Shown piece by piece: positions 31,835-40,498 of a stretch of 64,000 bases of DNA. The stretch comes from a virus. Where the stretch lies: positions 96,001 to 160,000 of the IMG/VR virus record IMGVR_UViG_3300045988_177154, one strand, 5' to 3'. Both the position numbers and the translations under genes were made by a program. Under the pieces are notes generated by a model. The model ran no database searches. It saw only the letters and a list, made by a program, of their open reading frames with translations, and was not told the DNA's origin. Each line of letters begins with the position of its first letter. Position 1 is the first letter of the stretch.

Positions 31835-32581
31835 ATGAATGAAATATTAACAATACCAAATTTAATTATTATTGTAACAACTATCATTATCTATCTAGTT
31901 GTAGATAATATATTCCAAAAAATTATAATTAAACACAATAATATAACAAATACTTTTTTAGCTAACACTTCTAAGATTATAGTAATTCTCATAGGTATTT
32001 TTGTTTTTTGCTCACAATATCCTGTATTTGAGAAAAGTTTAAATTCTCTATTCACAAATAGTGCTTTGATTGTAGCAGTTTTAGGATTTATACTACAAAA
32101 CACAATCAAGAATATTATAGCAGGCTTAATGCTTTTATCTGCTGAAACTTTTAAAATTGGGGATAGAATAAGAATGCCCGCTCAAGATATTACTGGAACA
32201 ATAGAAGAAATGACTTTAAGACATACAACTTTAAAACTTGTTACTAATGAAAGAGCAATTATTCCTAACTCAATTATGAATGATTCTATAATAGTAAACA
32301 ATGATATAAAAGAGTCAATAACAAGCTACCCTATATCTCTCCAAGTTAAAATTGATAAAGATATAAGCCTTGCTAAACAAATATTAGAAGAAGCAATAGA
32401 AGCTAATCAAAATCTATTAAATAAAGAAAATTCAAAAGTGACTATATCTCATGTAACTGAAACAATAGTAGAATTGAAAGCTCTTATATGGACCAAGGAT
32501 ATTGAAACAAGCTTTGAAGAATTATCTAATTTAAAATTAGAAGTTATCAAAAAATTTCAAGAAAATAACTTATATGACTAA
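31835..32581 (+). CDS. mscS: small-conductance mechanosensitive channel (MscS family)
   Basis: Three N-terminal TM helices. Pore helix plus beta-domain IKNIIAGLMLLSAETFKIGDRIRM...GTIEEMTLRHTTLK...NERAIIPNS. Confidence 0.8.
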   Translation: MNEILTIPNLIIIVTTIIIYLVVDNIFQKIIIKHNNITNTFLANTSKIIVILIGIFVFCSQYPVFEKSLNSLFTNSALIVAVLGFILQNTIKNIIAGLMLLSAETFKIGDRIRMPAQDITGTIEEMTLRHTTLKLVTNERAIIPNSIMNDSIIVNNDIKESITSYPISLQVKIDKDISLAKQILEEAIEANQNLLNKENSKVTISHVTETIVELKALIWTKDIETSFEELSNLKLEVIKKFQENNLYD

Positions 32582-32619
32582 TAAAAAGGAATAATATAAC
32601 TATGAATATAATTTTTATA

Positions 32620-32753
32620 TTCAATAAGTAATTTTGGAGATTCCGAGCCTCACTGGAAGTTTTATATTTTGGAGATTCCGTGCCTTACTGGAGATAAATA
32701 TGCCTGAGCCAGGTAATACAGAATAACTTAGGAGTAATCCTAAGTTATTTTTT
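32620..32753 (+). ncRNA. candidate small RNA or structured 3' UTR with tandem 28-nt units
   Basis: Two units ttttggagattccg(a/t)gcct(c/t)actgga at 32632-32659 and 32667-32694, a third related hairpin cctg-agc-cagg, then the terminator at 32723-32753. Many GGA/GGAG motifs. Confidence 0.3.
32723..32753 (+). terminator. intrinsic terminator
   Basis: ataacttagga-gtaa-tcctaagttat plus a T-run. Confidence 0.8.
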
Positions 32754-32915
32754 AGCATTCAAATACTATTATAAAACAAAAACGTTTTTATAATTTGTCT
32801 TATAATAGTTTAGCTCTTAGAGTATCAAGGAAGTAGAATAATATAACTAGATATGATATAATAAACGAAAAGGGTTACATTTTTGGTAACTCAAAAGAAA
32901 ACGAGGTGCTTTTTA

Positions 32916-35216
32916 ATGAAAAAAGTTATTGATGAAGCAATTTATAGTAAAGCTTGGGAAGGCTTTAAAGGAAATGCTTGGAAAGAATCGACTAGTGTTG
33001 CTAAATTCGTCCAAGATAATTATACTCCATATGATGGTGATAAAAGTTTCCTAGAAGAAGCAACAGAACGAACTTTACATATTAAACATATTATGGACTC
33101 AACTAGAGCCGAATATGAAAAAACAAGATTTCCGATGGATACTCGTCCAACTTCTATTGCTGATATTCCAGCAGGCTATATTGACAAAGAAAATGAACTT
33201 ATCTATGGACTTCAAAATGATGAATTATTCAAATTGAATTTTATGCCAAAAGGTGGTTTAAGAACAGCTGAAACCGCATTGAAAGAACACGGCTTTGAAC
33301 CCGACCCAGTTGTTCACGATTTCTACTCTAAGAATGTTGTTACAGTTAATGACGGTATCTTTAAAGCATATACACAAGACATTAGACGAGCTCGTCATTC
33401 TCACTTAATTAGTGGTTTGCCAGATGCTTATTCTCGTGGTCGTATTATTGGTGTTTATGCTAGATTGGCTCTATATGGAGCAGAATACCTAAAAGAAGAA
33501 AAGAATAGAGATTGGCAAGCAATTACTTCAACTGATGATGAATCAATCAGATTAAAAGAAGAAATCTTTAACCAATATAAAGCTCTTGATGAAATTATTA
33601 GATTAGGAGATTTGTATGGTGTTGATGTTCGTAGACCAGCATTTGATACTAAAGAAGCTATTCAATGGACTAATATTGCTTTCATGGCTGCTTGTCGTGT
33701 AATCAATGGGGCTGCTACTTCTATCGGACGCTTACCAATTGTTCTTGATGTATTTGCTGAACGTGACTTAGAACGTGGAACTTATACTGAAAAAGAAATT
33801 CAAGAGTTTGTTGATGATTTTGTAATCAAATTAAGAACAGTTAAATTTGCAAGACAAAAAGCATTTGATGAAATCTATTCAGGTGACCCAACATTTATCA
33901 CAATCTCAATGGGTGGTATGGGTAACGATGGCCGTCATAGAGTTACTAAAATGGACTATCGTTTCTTACACACTTTAGATAATATTGGAAATGCACCAGA
34001 ACCAAACTTAACTGTTCTTTGGACTGATAGATTACCTTATAACTTTAGACACTATTGTATGGAAATGAGTCACAAACACTCTTCAATCCAATACGAAGGT
34101 GTTACAACAATGGCTAAAGATGGATACGGTGAAATGAGCTGTATCTCATGTTGTGTATCTCCACTTGACCCAGAAAATGAAGAATGCCATGCAAATATTC
34201 AATACTTCGGAGCTCGTATTAACGTATTGAAAGCATTACTTACTGGATTAAATGGTGGCTATGATGATGTTCACCGTGATTACAAAGTATTTGATGTAAC
34301 AGAACCAATCACCTCTGAATATTTAGATTTTGATGAAGTATTAGACAACTTTGACAAAGCTTTAGAATGGACTACTAAGAATTATGTTGATGCTTTAAAT
34401 ATTATCCATTATATGACAGATAAATATAATTATGAAGCTGCTCAAATGGCATTGCTACCATCTAAGATTGGAATTAACATGGGATTTGGTATTTGTGGAT
34501 TTGCTAATTTAGTAGATTCATTATGTGCTATTAAATATGCTAAAGTTAAAACAATTCGTGATGAAAATGGCTATATTTATGATTATGAAGTTGAGGGTGA
34601 GTTCCCACGTTATGGTGAAGATGACCCACGCTCAAATGAAATGGCAGAATGGTTGTTAGAAACTTATTACCACAAACTTGCTAAACATAAATTGTATAAG
34701 AATGCTCGTGCTACAGTATCTATCCTTACAATTACTTCAAACGTAGCATATTCTAAACAAACTGGTAATTCACCTGTTCACAAAGGTATTTATCTAAATG
34801 AAGATGGTTCAGTAAATTACTCTAAAGTAGAGTTCTTCTCACCAGGTGCTAACCCATCTAACAAAGCAAAAGGTGGATGGCTACAAAATCTAAACTCATT
34901 ATCAAAACTTGATTTCAAATATGCTAATGACGGTATTTCATTAACAACGCAAGTTGCTCCTAAAGCATTAGGTAAAACTTATGAAGAACAAGTTGATAAC
35001 TTAGTAAGTATTCTTGATGGTTATTTTGAAAAAGGTGGTCAACACGTTAACTTAAACGTAATGCAACTTGAAGATGTTTACGAAAAGATTATGAGTGGTG
35101 AAGATGTCATAGTGAGAATCAGCGGATACTGCGTAAATACAAAATATTTAACTAAAGAACAAAAAACAGAATTAACTCAACGTGTATTCCATGAAATTTT
35201 AAATGGAGTAGAATAA
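32916..35216 (+). CDS. pflB: pyruvate formate-lyase (formate C-acetyltransferase, glycyl-radical enzyme)
   Basis: Start placed at ATG 32916, after gaggtg. Active-site CC in [13 protein letters not shown]-terminal glycyl-radical motif [10 protein letters not shown]. Full-length similarity to PflB is recognisable ([27 protein letters not shown]). Confidence 0.9.
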   Translation: MKKVIDEAIYSKAWEGFKGNAWKESTSVAKFVQDNYTPYDGDKSFLEEATERTLHIKHIMDSTRAEYEKTRFPMDTRPTSIADIPAGYIDKENELIYGLQNDELFKLNFMPKGGLRTAETALKEHGFEPDPVVHDFYSKNVVTVNDGIFKAYTQDIRRARHSHLISGLPDAYSRGRIIGVYARLALYGAEYLKEEKNRDWQAITSTDDESIRLKEEIFNQYKALDEIIRLGDLYGVDVRRPAFDTKEAIQWTNIAFMAACRVINGAATSIGRLPIVLDVFAERDLERGTYTEKEIQEFVDDFVIKLRTVKFARQKAFDEIYSGDPTFITISMGGMGNDGRHRVTKMDYRFLHTLDNIGNAPEPNLTVLWTDRLPYNFRHYCMEMSHKHSSIQYEGVTTMAKDGYGEMSCISCCVSPLDPENEECHANIQYFGARINVLKALLTGLNGGYDDVHRDYKVFDVTEPITSEYLDFDEVLDNFDKALEWTTKNYVDALNIIHYMTDKYNYEAAQMALLPSKIGINMGFGICGFANLVDSLCAIKYAKVKTIRDENGYIYDYEVEGEFPRYGEDDPRSNEMAEWLLETYYHKLAKHKLYKNARATVSILTITSNVAYSKQTGNSPVHKGIYLNEDGSVNYSKVEFFSPGANPSNKAKGGWLQNLNSLSKLDFKYANDGISLTTQVAPKALGKTYEEQVDNLVSILDGYFEKGGQHVNLNVMQLEDVYEKIMSGEDVIVRISGYCVNTKYLTKEQKTELTQRVFHEILNGVE

Positions 35217-35223
35217 AAAAATT

Positions 35224-35255
35224 AGAGAGCATAGATTAAATTATGCTCTCTTTTT
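35224..35255 (+). terminator. intrinsic terminator
   Basis: agagagcata-gattaaat-tatgctctct plus a T-run. Confidence 0.8.
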
Positions 35256-35370
35256 AGCGTCAGTTTAAGCAACGCTAAACTGTTTTATTGAAAACATGAA
35301 GAATGAATCGAAAGTTATGCTAAGCTGTTTTAGAGCGCTGTTAGTGACAGTGTAGCAATGTCTAAAACAA
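35256..35370. repeat. dispersed intergenic repeat, copy 5 (degenerate/mosaic)
   Basis: Contains aagcaacgctaaa and taagctgtttt segments. The palindromes are decayed. Confidence 0.45.
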
Positions 35371-35393
35371 AATTGGAATAAAATATTTTTTGA

Positions 35394-35422
35394 TTTACTT
35401 TTTTGAAAGATTTTGTTACAAT
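35394..35422 (+). promoter_or_regulatory. sigma-A type promoter
   Basis: TTTACT 35394-35399, 17-nt spacer, TG-extended TACAAT 35417-35422. Confidence 0.5.
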
Positions 35423-35458
35423 AGATGAAATAAAAATAAAAAAGAAAAGAGATTCTAT

Positions 35459-36025
35459 ATGATAGATTCAAAACTATTAAAACCTCGTAGTGGCACTAAC
35501 AAGTGCAAGTTATTTATTAAAGGTGACTGGAATGATGCTGATTATATTACAGAAGATACCTCTTTGACTATTGACCAACTGAAAGAACTATTGCCCTATT
35601 TTAGTATTTTGTTGGATTTATTCAAATTTGACAATAATTATAGACGCAAAACTCGTGATTACAGAATAGATATTAGAGATGAGTTTAATAGTGCTTTAGC
35701 TTTTTATCTTGGCTACAATAAGAACTTCTACCCACAACTTTTAGAGTTAAAGAAAAATAAAGAAATCCTTTCAGATAGACTAATTGATTTAGATGAAGAT
35801 AATTTTGAAGATGTGTATTATACAGTACTTCTGAATATTAAGGACTTTAGTTATGACGAATTTTTGCCTTATTATGAAGGTTGGGGCATTCATAACATTG
35901 TGGATATGTATATTGATTACAAAGGTAATAAATATGATGTGTTACCAGGCAAATCATTAGAAGCTTTTGCAGAACTTATGGATATGGAGTATGACAACTT
36001 CTCTTGGAGCCATGAAGATGAATAA
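35459..36025 (+). CDS. hypothetical protein (188 aa)
   Basis: RBS aaaagagat upstream. Acidic, with no motif recognised. Its stop overlaps the downstream HTH gene. Confidence 0.7.
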   Translation: MIDSKLLKPRSGTNKCKLFIKGDWNDADYITEDTSLTIDQLKELLPYFSILLDLFKFDNNYRRKTRDYRIDIRDEFNSALAFYLGYNKNFYPQLLELKKNKEILSDRLIDLDEDNFEDVYYTVLLNIKDFSYDEFLPYYEGWGIHNIVDMYIDYKGNKYDVLPGKSLEAFAELMDMEYDNFSWSHEDE

Positions 36026-36353
36026 AGAAATAGGAAATCGAATAAAAACAATGAGAGAAAATGCTTCATTAACTCAAGATGAAGTTGCTAAATATCTTGG
36101 TATAAGCAAAGATAAATATGCTGGAATAGAATTAGGAATATTTACACCAACGTTAGTAATTCTAAATCAATTATCTAAGCTCTTTAAAGTTTCGGTAGAA
36201 ACACTAACAGAAAATAGTAAAGAATCAAATTATGCTGATTTTAATATAACAAAAGAAACAAAAGATAAACTTGATATGATTGACTTATTTTATGCTAACA
36301 AAAATTTATATAAAAAATTGATTTATCAGAAGCAAGGAAAAGGAGTAAACTAA
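36018..36353 (+). CDS. XRE-family helix-turn-helix transcriptional regulator
   Basis: IGNRIKTMRENASLTQDEVAKYLGISKDKYAGIELG. Start at ATG 36018, 8 nt after ggag (ATG 36012 is also possible). Overlaps the upstream gene by 8 nt. Confidence 0.8.
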   Translation: MNKEIGNRIKTMRENASLTQDEVAKYLGISKDKYAGIELGIFTPTLVILNQLSKLFKVSVETLTENSKESNYADFNITKETKDKLDMIDLFYANKNLYKKLIYQKQGKGVN

Positions 36354-36371
36354 AACATTTACTCCTTTTTC
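36341..36371 (+). terminator. intrinsic terminator
   Basis: aggagtaaa-ctaaaaca-tttactcct plus tttt. Spans the stop codon. Confidence 0.65.
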
Positions 36372-36379
36372 TTAGTGTT

Positions 36380-36495
36380 AAAATAAGCAACTCTAAGCTG
36401 TTTTATTGAATGGTCGATACATTTATAGAAAATCAGTTTTGACTGTATTACTGTTTCACTAGTGACGATATAACGACATTCAAAATCAGTTTCAG
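36380..36495 (-). repeat. dispersed intergenic repeat, copy 6
   Basis: taagctgttttattgaatggtcgatacatttat...gacgatataacgac...aaaatcagttt. Its reverse complement matches copy 4. Confidence 0.75.
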
Positions 36496-36502
36496 TATAT
36501 AG

Positions 36503-36530
36503 AAAAAGAGAGCAAATTGCTCTCTTTTAT
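36503..36530. terminator. bidirectional terminator (serves the minus-strand cca gene)
   Basis: agagagc-aaat-tgctctct, flanked by an A-run and a T-run. Confidence 0.75.
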
Positions 36531-37699
36531 TTTGTCAGTGATTCAATAAATTCTTTTTTAGATTTTCCTTGGCAAGCAAGTTTTTTAGATTGCAAAATCA
36601 GTTCACCAAATTCTTTTGATGGTTTAAATCCAAGTTGAATTAACTCTTGACCTGTAATGAATTGTGTTGAAATTATTTCTTGACTCACTTTAAACATAGA
36701 AGTCAATAATTTAATTTCAAATGTTGGCAAACCTAGCTTAATACCTTGAACAAGAATTGAGAATAAAGCAAATTCTTTAAATTTGATTTGCTCTGTTTTG
36801 AAAACAAATTCTCCAACTGTTTTTGAATCTTTAATAAATGATGAAGTAACTTCAGCCAAGAATTTGAATGATTTAATCATTTCAACAATTTCTGTTTGAT
36901 TTGTGATTGTTAATTCAGAACTTTCAAAGATGAAAGCAATAACAATTTCTGTTACTTTCTCTGGGCATAATTCCTTTGTAGCTTGAGTTAATTTATCAAT
37001 CAATTCAAGTTTTAAAGATGTTGGGAAGAAATCTGTAAGCACTCCCATTTTTTCTAATTTCTTAAAGAATACAGATGGTTTTTCTGATTTAGTAATTGCT
37101 TTGTGAGTTTCTTCAAAAATTCGTTCCATTGGAAGAATAGAGCAATCAAGAGTTTTAGAAATTTCAATTGTTTCAGGTGCAATTTCAAATCCAAAGCGAG
37201 AAGCAAATTGAGCTGCACGAAATACTCGTAATGAATCTTCAGCAAATTTTTCAGTACAATGTCTAATGACACCAGTTTCTAAATCTTTCATTCCACCAAA
37301 GAAGTCAAGAATTTTACCTGTTTGTGTGTCTTTCATTAGAGCGTTGATTGTAAAATCTCGGCGTTCAGCAGCTTTTGCTTCACCAATAAATGGGTCAACA
37401 ACAATTTCAAAGTCAGTATGTTTTTCTCCAATTTGTTTTTCTGTACGAGGGAAACTAAAGTCGAAATCAGTTCCGTCCATGAAAGCTTTGTAAACGCCAA
37501 ATGACTTGCCCACAAAGTCAATTTTAATACCAAGAGATTTAGCAACAGAAATAAAATCATCTTCTGTAATAAAATGAATTTCAATGTCAATGTCTTTGTT
37601 AGTTTTGCCTAACACTTCATCTCGGACACAACCACCTACATAATAAGTTTTTGCTCCCTTTTCTGATAATTTTTTAAGTAGTGTTTTTAATTTAGTCAT
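36527..37699 (-). CDS. cca: tRNA nucleotidyltransferase (CCA-adding enzyme)
   Basis: Pol-beta head YYVGGCVRDEVLGKTNKDIDIEIH; RRDFTINAL; EDSLRVFRAAQFASRFGF. Confidence 0.85.
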   Translation of the reverse strand: MTKLKTLLKKLSEKGAKTYYVGGCVRDEVLGKTNKDIDIEIHFITEDDFISVAKSLGIKIDFVGKSFGVYKAFMDGTDFDFSFPRTEKQIGEKHTDFEIVVDPFIGEAKAAERRDFTINALMKDTQTGKILDFFGGMKDLETGVIRHCTEKFAEDSLRVFRAAQFASRFGFEIAPETIEISKTLDCSILPMERIFEETHKAITKSEKPSVFFKKLEKMGVLTDFFPTSLKLELIDKLTQATKELCPEKVTEIVIAFIFESSELTITNQTEIVEMIKSFKFLAEVTSSFIKDSKTVGEFVFKTEQIKFKEFALFSILVQGIKLGLPTFEIKLLTSMFKVSQEIISTQFITGQELIQLGFKPSKEFGELILQSKKLACQGKSKKEFIESLTK

Positions 37700-37730
37700 A
37701 AGTTTTTCCTCTTTCGTTTTCTATATTTAT

Positions 37731-37759
37731 ATGATACAACAAAAATTTCACTTTGTCAA
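37731..37759 (-). promoter_or_regulatory. sigma-A type promoter for cca (minus strand)
   Basis: On the minus strand: TTGACA (plus-strand 37754-37759), 17-nt spacer, TATCAT (plus-strand 37731-37736). Confidence 0.65.
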
Positions 37760-37776
37760 CAATAAAATAAAAAATA

Positions 37777-37805
37777 TTTACATTTTTAAAATTTTTTGTT
37801 ATAAT
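37777..37805 (+). promoter_or_regulatory. sigma-A type promoter (divergent from the cca promoter)
   Basis: TTTACA 37777-37782, 17-nt spacer, TG-extended TATAAT 37800-37805. Confidence 0.65.
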
Positions 37806-37868
37806 GAATTTGTTCTCAAAAGGTGCTTAAAAAATTTGAATAAAATAAAATAAATTGGAGAACACAAA

Positions 37869-38663
37869 ATGAAAACACAAGATGTTATTGGAAACAAATA
37901 TAAAGCCTTGGAAAAGGAATATAGAGCAAAATTTGAAAGCAATAAATATTTAATTCTTAGATTAGATGGTAAAGCTTTCCACTCATTCACAAAAGGAATG
38001 AAAAAGCCATTTGATGAAAGATTATATGAAATCTTCAAAGAAACTTTGAAATACTTATGTGAAAATGTCGATGGCGTGAAAATTGGCTATTATCAATCAG
38101 ACGAAATCTCTTTGGTCTTATTTAATGATAGCCCTAAAATCAATAAACAATATTGGTTTGATAACAAAGTAGAAAAAATCCTTACTATTGCTACATCAAT
38201 CTGTACTGCTAAATTTAATTCTGAATATAACAAATTCGGACAATTTGGAGCTAAAGAGTTTGGCTTCTTCGATGCAAGAGGATTTGTAGTAGATACACTT
38301 GATGAAGTACAAGAATATTTAGAATGGAGAGTTAATGACTCTGTTAAAAATTCTGTTTATTTATATGCTTTTGATAAAGTGAAAGATAATAGCAATCCTA
38401 CTAAAGCTTTGATGAATATGTCTGTTAAAGAAAAGATTGATTTGTTAAAGAATGAATATGGAGTAGATTATTACAACTTTGAATCAAAATATAGAAAAGG
38501 AATTTTTTACTCTAAAGAGTATACTACATTCGTAGTTAAAAAAGAACAATACCCACAACATTTGAAAGAAGATAAGATTGTCACTAGAAGAAAATTCAAA
38601 TTACATGAAACTTTTGATAATGTTGCAGATATTGTTGACCATTTTAGAACGAAAGGTGAATAA
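37869..38663 (+). CDS. Thg1-like protein (tRNA-His guanylyltransferase / 3'-5' RNA polymerase family)
   Basis: Motifs LILRLDGKAFHSFTKG, YYQSDEISLV, FFDARGF, YLEWRVNDSVKNS. These match the Thg1/TLP palm-domain signatures. Confidence 0.8.
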   Translation: MKTQDVIGNKYKALEKEYRAKFESNKYLILRLDGKAFHSFTKGMKKPFDERLYEIFKETLKYLCENVDGVKIGYYQSDEISLVLFNDSPKINKQYWFDNKVEKILTIATSICTAKFNSEYNKFGQFGAKEFGFFDARGFVVDTLDEVQEYLEWRVNDSVKNSVYLYAFDKVKDNSNPTKALMNMSVKEKIDLLKNEYGVDYYNFESKYRKGIFYSKEYTTFVVKKEQYPQHLKEDKIVTRRKFKLHETFDNVADIVDHFRTKGE

Positions 38664-38665
38664 TT

Positions 38666-39421
38666 ATGAGTAATAATCAGATTATTACTAGTTATAATAA
38701 AATTGCTTTTTTAGGTGACTTGCATGGAAATACAAATAATGCTTATAAGTTAATTGATTACATTATGGAACAAGATAATCCCGATTTGTTAATTCAAGTT
38801 GGAGATATGGGAGTAATGGGGGAGCTGTTTGAAAAATACCTAAATAAGCTAAATAAAAAATTGGAATCTTATAATATAGAGCTTTGGTTTATTGACGGCA
38901 ATCATGAGAATTTCAATTGGTTACTAAACAAAGTTAAAAATCCTCATGGACTCAATTCTATTACTTCTAAAATTAAATATATTCCTAGAGGAACAATGCT
39001 AACACTAGGAAAGAAAAACTTTTATTTTTGTGGTGGAGCCTTCTCTATTGATAAATTCATGAGAACTATTTATAAGAGTTGGTGGCCACAAGAAACTTTA
39101 TCCAAAGAAGAAACTGAAGAGCTAATCAATTATTACAATGAGAATTATAGTAATTATAAAATTGACTATTTTATCTCACATGATACTCCATTGTTTGACC
39201 ATTATCAAGATGATTCTATCTTTAGGAGTCAGGCAGATTTTTATGAAGATTACTTCCATAAGATGAATTTAAGTAAATTGTATGAACTAACTAAAGCTCC
39301 AAAAATTATTCATGGGCATTATCATACTTATAATAAATTTGAAAAAGATGGTATTGAAAATATTACTCTTAATTGTGATAGCTCTCCATTTGAAGAACAA
39401 TATATTATTGTGGAAGTGTAA
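38666..39421 (+). CDS. calcineurin-like metallophosphoesterase
   Basis: Motifs FLGDLHGN, QVGDMG, IDGNHENF, SHDTP, GHYH. Confidence 0.8.
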   Translation: MSNNQIITSYNKIAFLGDLHGNTNNAYKLIDYIMEQDNPDLLIQVGDMGVMGELFEKYLNKLNKKLESYNIELWFIDGNHENFNWLLNKVKNPHGLNSITSKIKYIPRGTMLTLGKKNFYFCGGAFSIDKFMRTIYKSWWPQETLSKEETEELINYYNENYSNYKIDYFISHDTPLFDHYQDDSIFRSQADFYEDYFHKMNLSKLYELTKAPKIIHGHYHTYNKFEKDGIENITLNCDSSPFEEQYIIVEV

Positions 39422-39488
39422 CTCAGAGTTGACTTTTTATTGATTTTATGATAGAATGGAAGAAAATAAATTTTAAAAGGGTGAAGAA

Positions 39489-40496
39489 ATGACAATAGAT
39501 AAAAAAGCTTTAGAATATAGAAATGAAGCAATTCAACTAAGAGAAGAATATGAACAAAGAGCTAAAGAATTAAAGAATTTAGATAATACAACAAAAGAAT
39601 GGTTTGATGGAATTGATGAAAATAGAAGATTTTTCTTTAAAGCTCTTTTGCCTGAATACAAATTCTTAAGTTATCTGAATGATGAACAATTAGCGAAATT
39701 TACTGAACATCGTATGGGTAAACCAAGAAAAGAAAATCCTAATTATAACTTTCACCCAGAGATTACTGACTATAACAGAAGTAATTGCTTAAATCTTATG
39801 AGTGCTATTTCAGGTAAAACAATTGAACAAATTATTAAAGTTAGAGATAAACTTGAAAATATGACTGAATTAGAAGCTTATCGCTATATTATGGAACGTA
39901 TTCCATTACGAACTGATAAGCCAATTGTTGCTTTGGATTTAGAAGCCGCTTCACCTAGTCTTCGGGATATGAATAATAAATTTGACTTTGGTCCTCGTAC
40001 AGAAATTATTGAAGTTGGTTATATTAAAGTTTGGCCTGATGGTAAAGTTAAGAAATTCTCTAAATTATTTGGTGTAGACCCAAATTTACTTAAAACTAAT
40101 GGAACTGGTAGAGAAGATATTCACAATATTTCCCCGAACGACATTAAAGATTTACCTAGATTTGTTGATGATTTAGAAGCTCAAAAAGAAATCTATAATG
40201 ATTTGAAAGATTCTATTTTATTGGCTCATAATGCTCGTTATGAAAAGGGGCAACTATCTCATTCATTGAGGGGCTTTAATAAACTTATGAAAGAGAATAG
40301 ATTAGAAGTTATTGATACAATGCACTTATCTCAATTCTTTATGCCTCAAAATGAAAATAATACTAACGAAGCTTTTGTTACTAATACTGGTGGAAAATAT
40401 GAAGAAGCTCATAGAGCCTTTGCTGATGCACTAATGTCATTAAATGCTTTTATGAGATATTTTAAAAAACCAGAAATTAAAATCAAAAAGGATTAG
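39489..40496 (+). CDS. DEDDh (DnaQ-like) 3'-5' exonuclease with N-terminal extension
   Basis: ExoI VALDLEAA; ExoII LAHNARYEKGQL; ExoIII HRAFADALMS. Confidence 0.7.
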   Translation: MTIDKKALEYRNEAIQLREEYEQRAKELKNLDNTTKEWFDGIDENRRFFFKALLPEYKFLSYLNDEQLAKFTEHRMGKPRKENPNYNFHPEITDYNRSNCLNLMSAISGKTIEQIIKVRDKLENMTELEAYRYIMERIPLRTDKPIVALDLEAASPSLRDMNNKFDFGPRTEIIEVGYIKVWPDGKVKKFSKLFGVDPNLLKTNGTGREDIHNISPNDIKDLPRFVDDLEAQKEIYNDLKDSILLAHNARYEKGQLSHSLRGFNKLMKENRLEVIDTMHLSQFFMPQNENNTNEAFVTNTGGKYEEAHRAFADALMSLNAFMRYFKKPEIKIKKD

Positions 40497-40498
40497 TT

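Noticed and set aside
32632-32694. CRISPR array
   Set aside because: There are only two 28-nt units with a 7-nt spacer, and no cas genes. No other regularly spaced direct-repeat array exists in the window.
32582-32915. ZTP (pfl-motif) riboswitch upstream of the pyruvate formate-lyase gene
   Set aside because: I looked for the conserved ccgcctggg core and the pseudoknot partner and found neither. The structured repeats present are separated from pflB by a strong terminator and a separate promoter.
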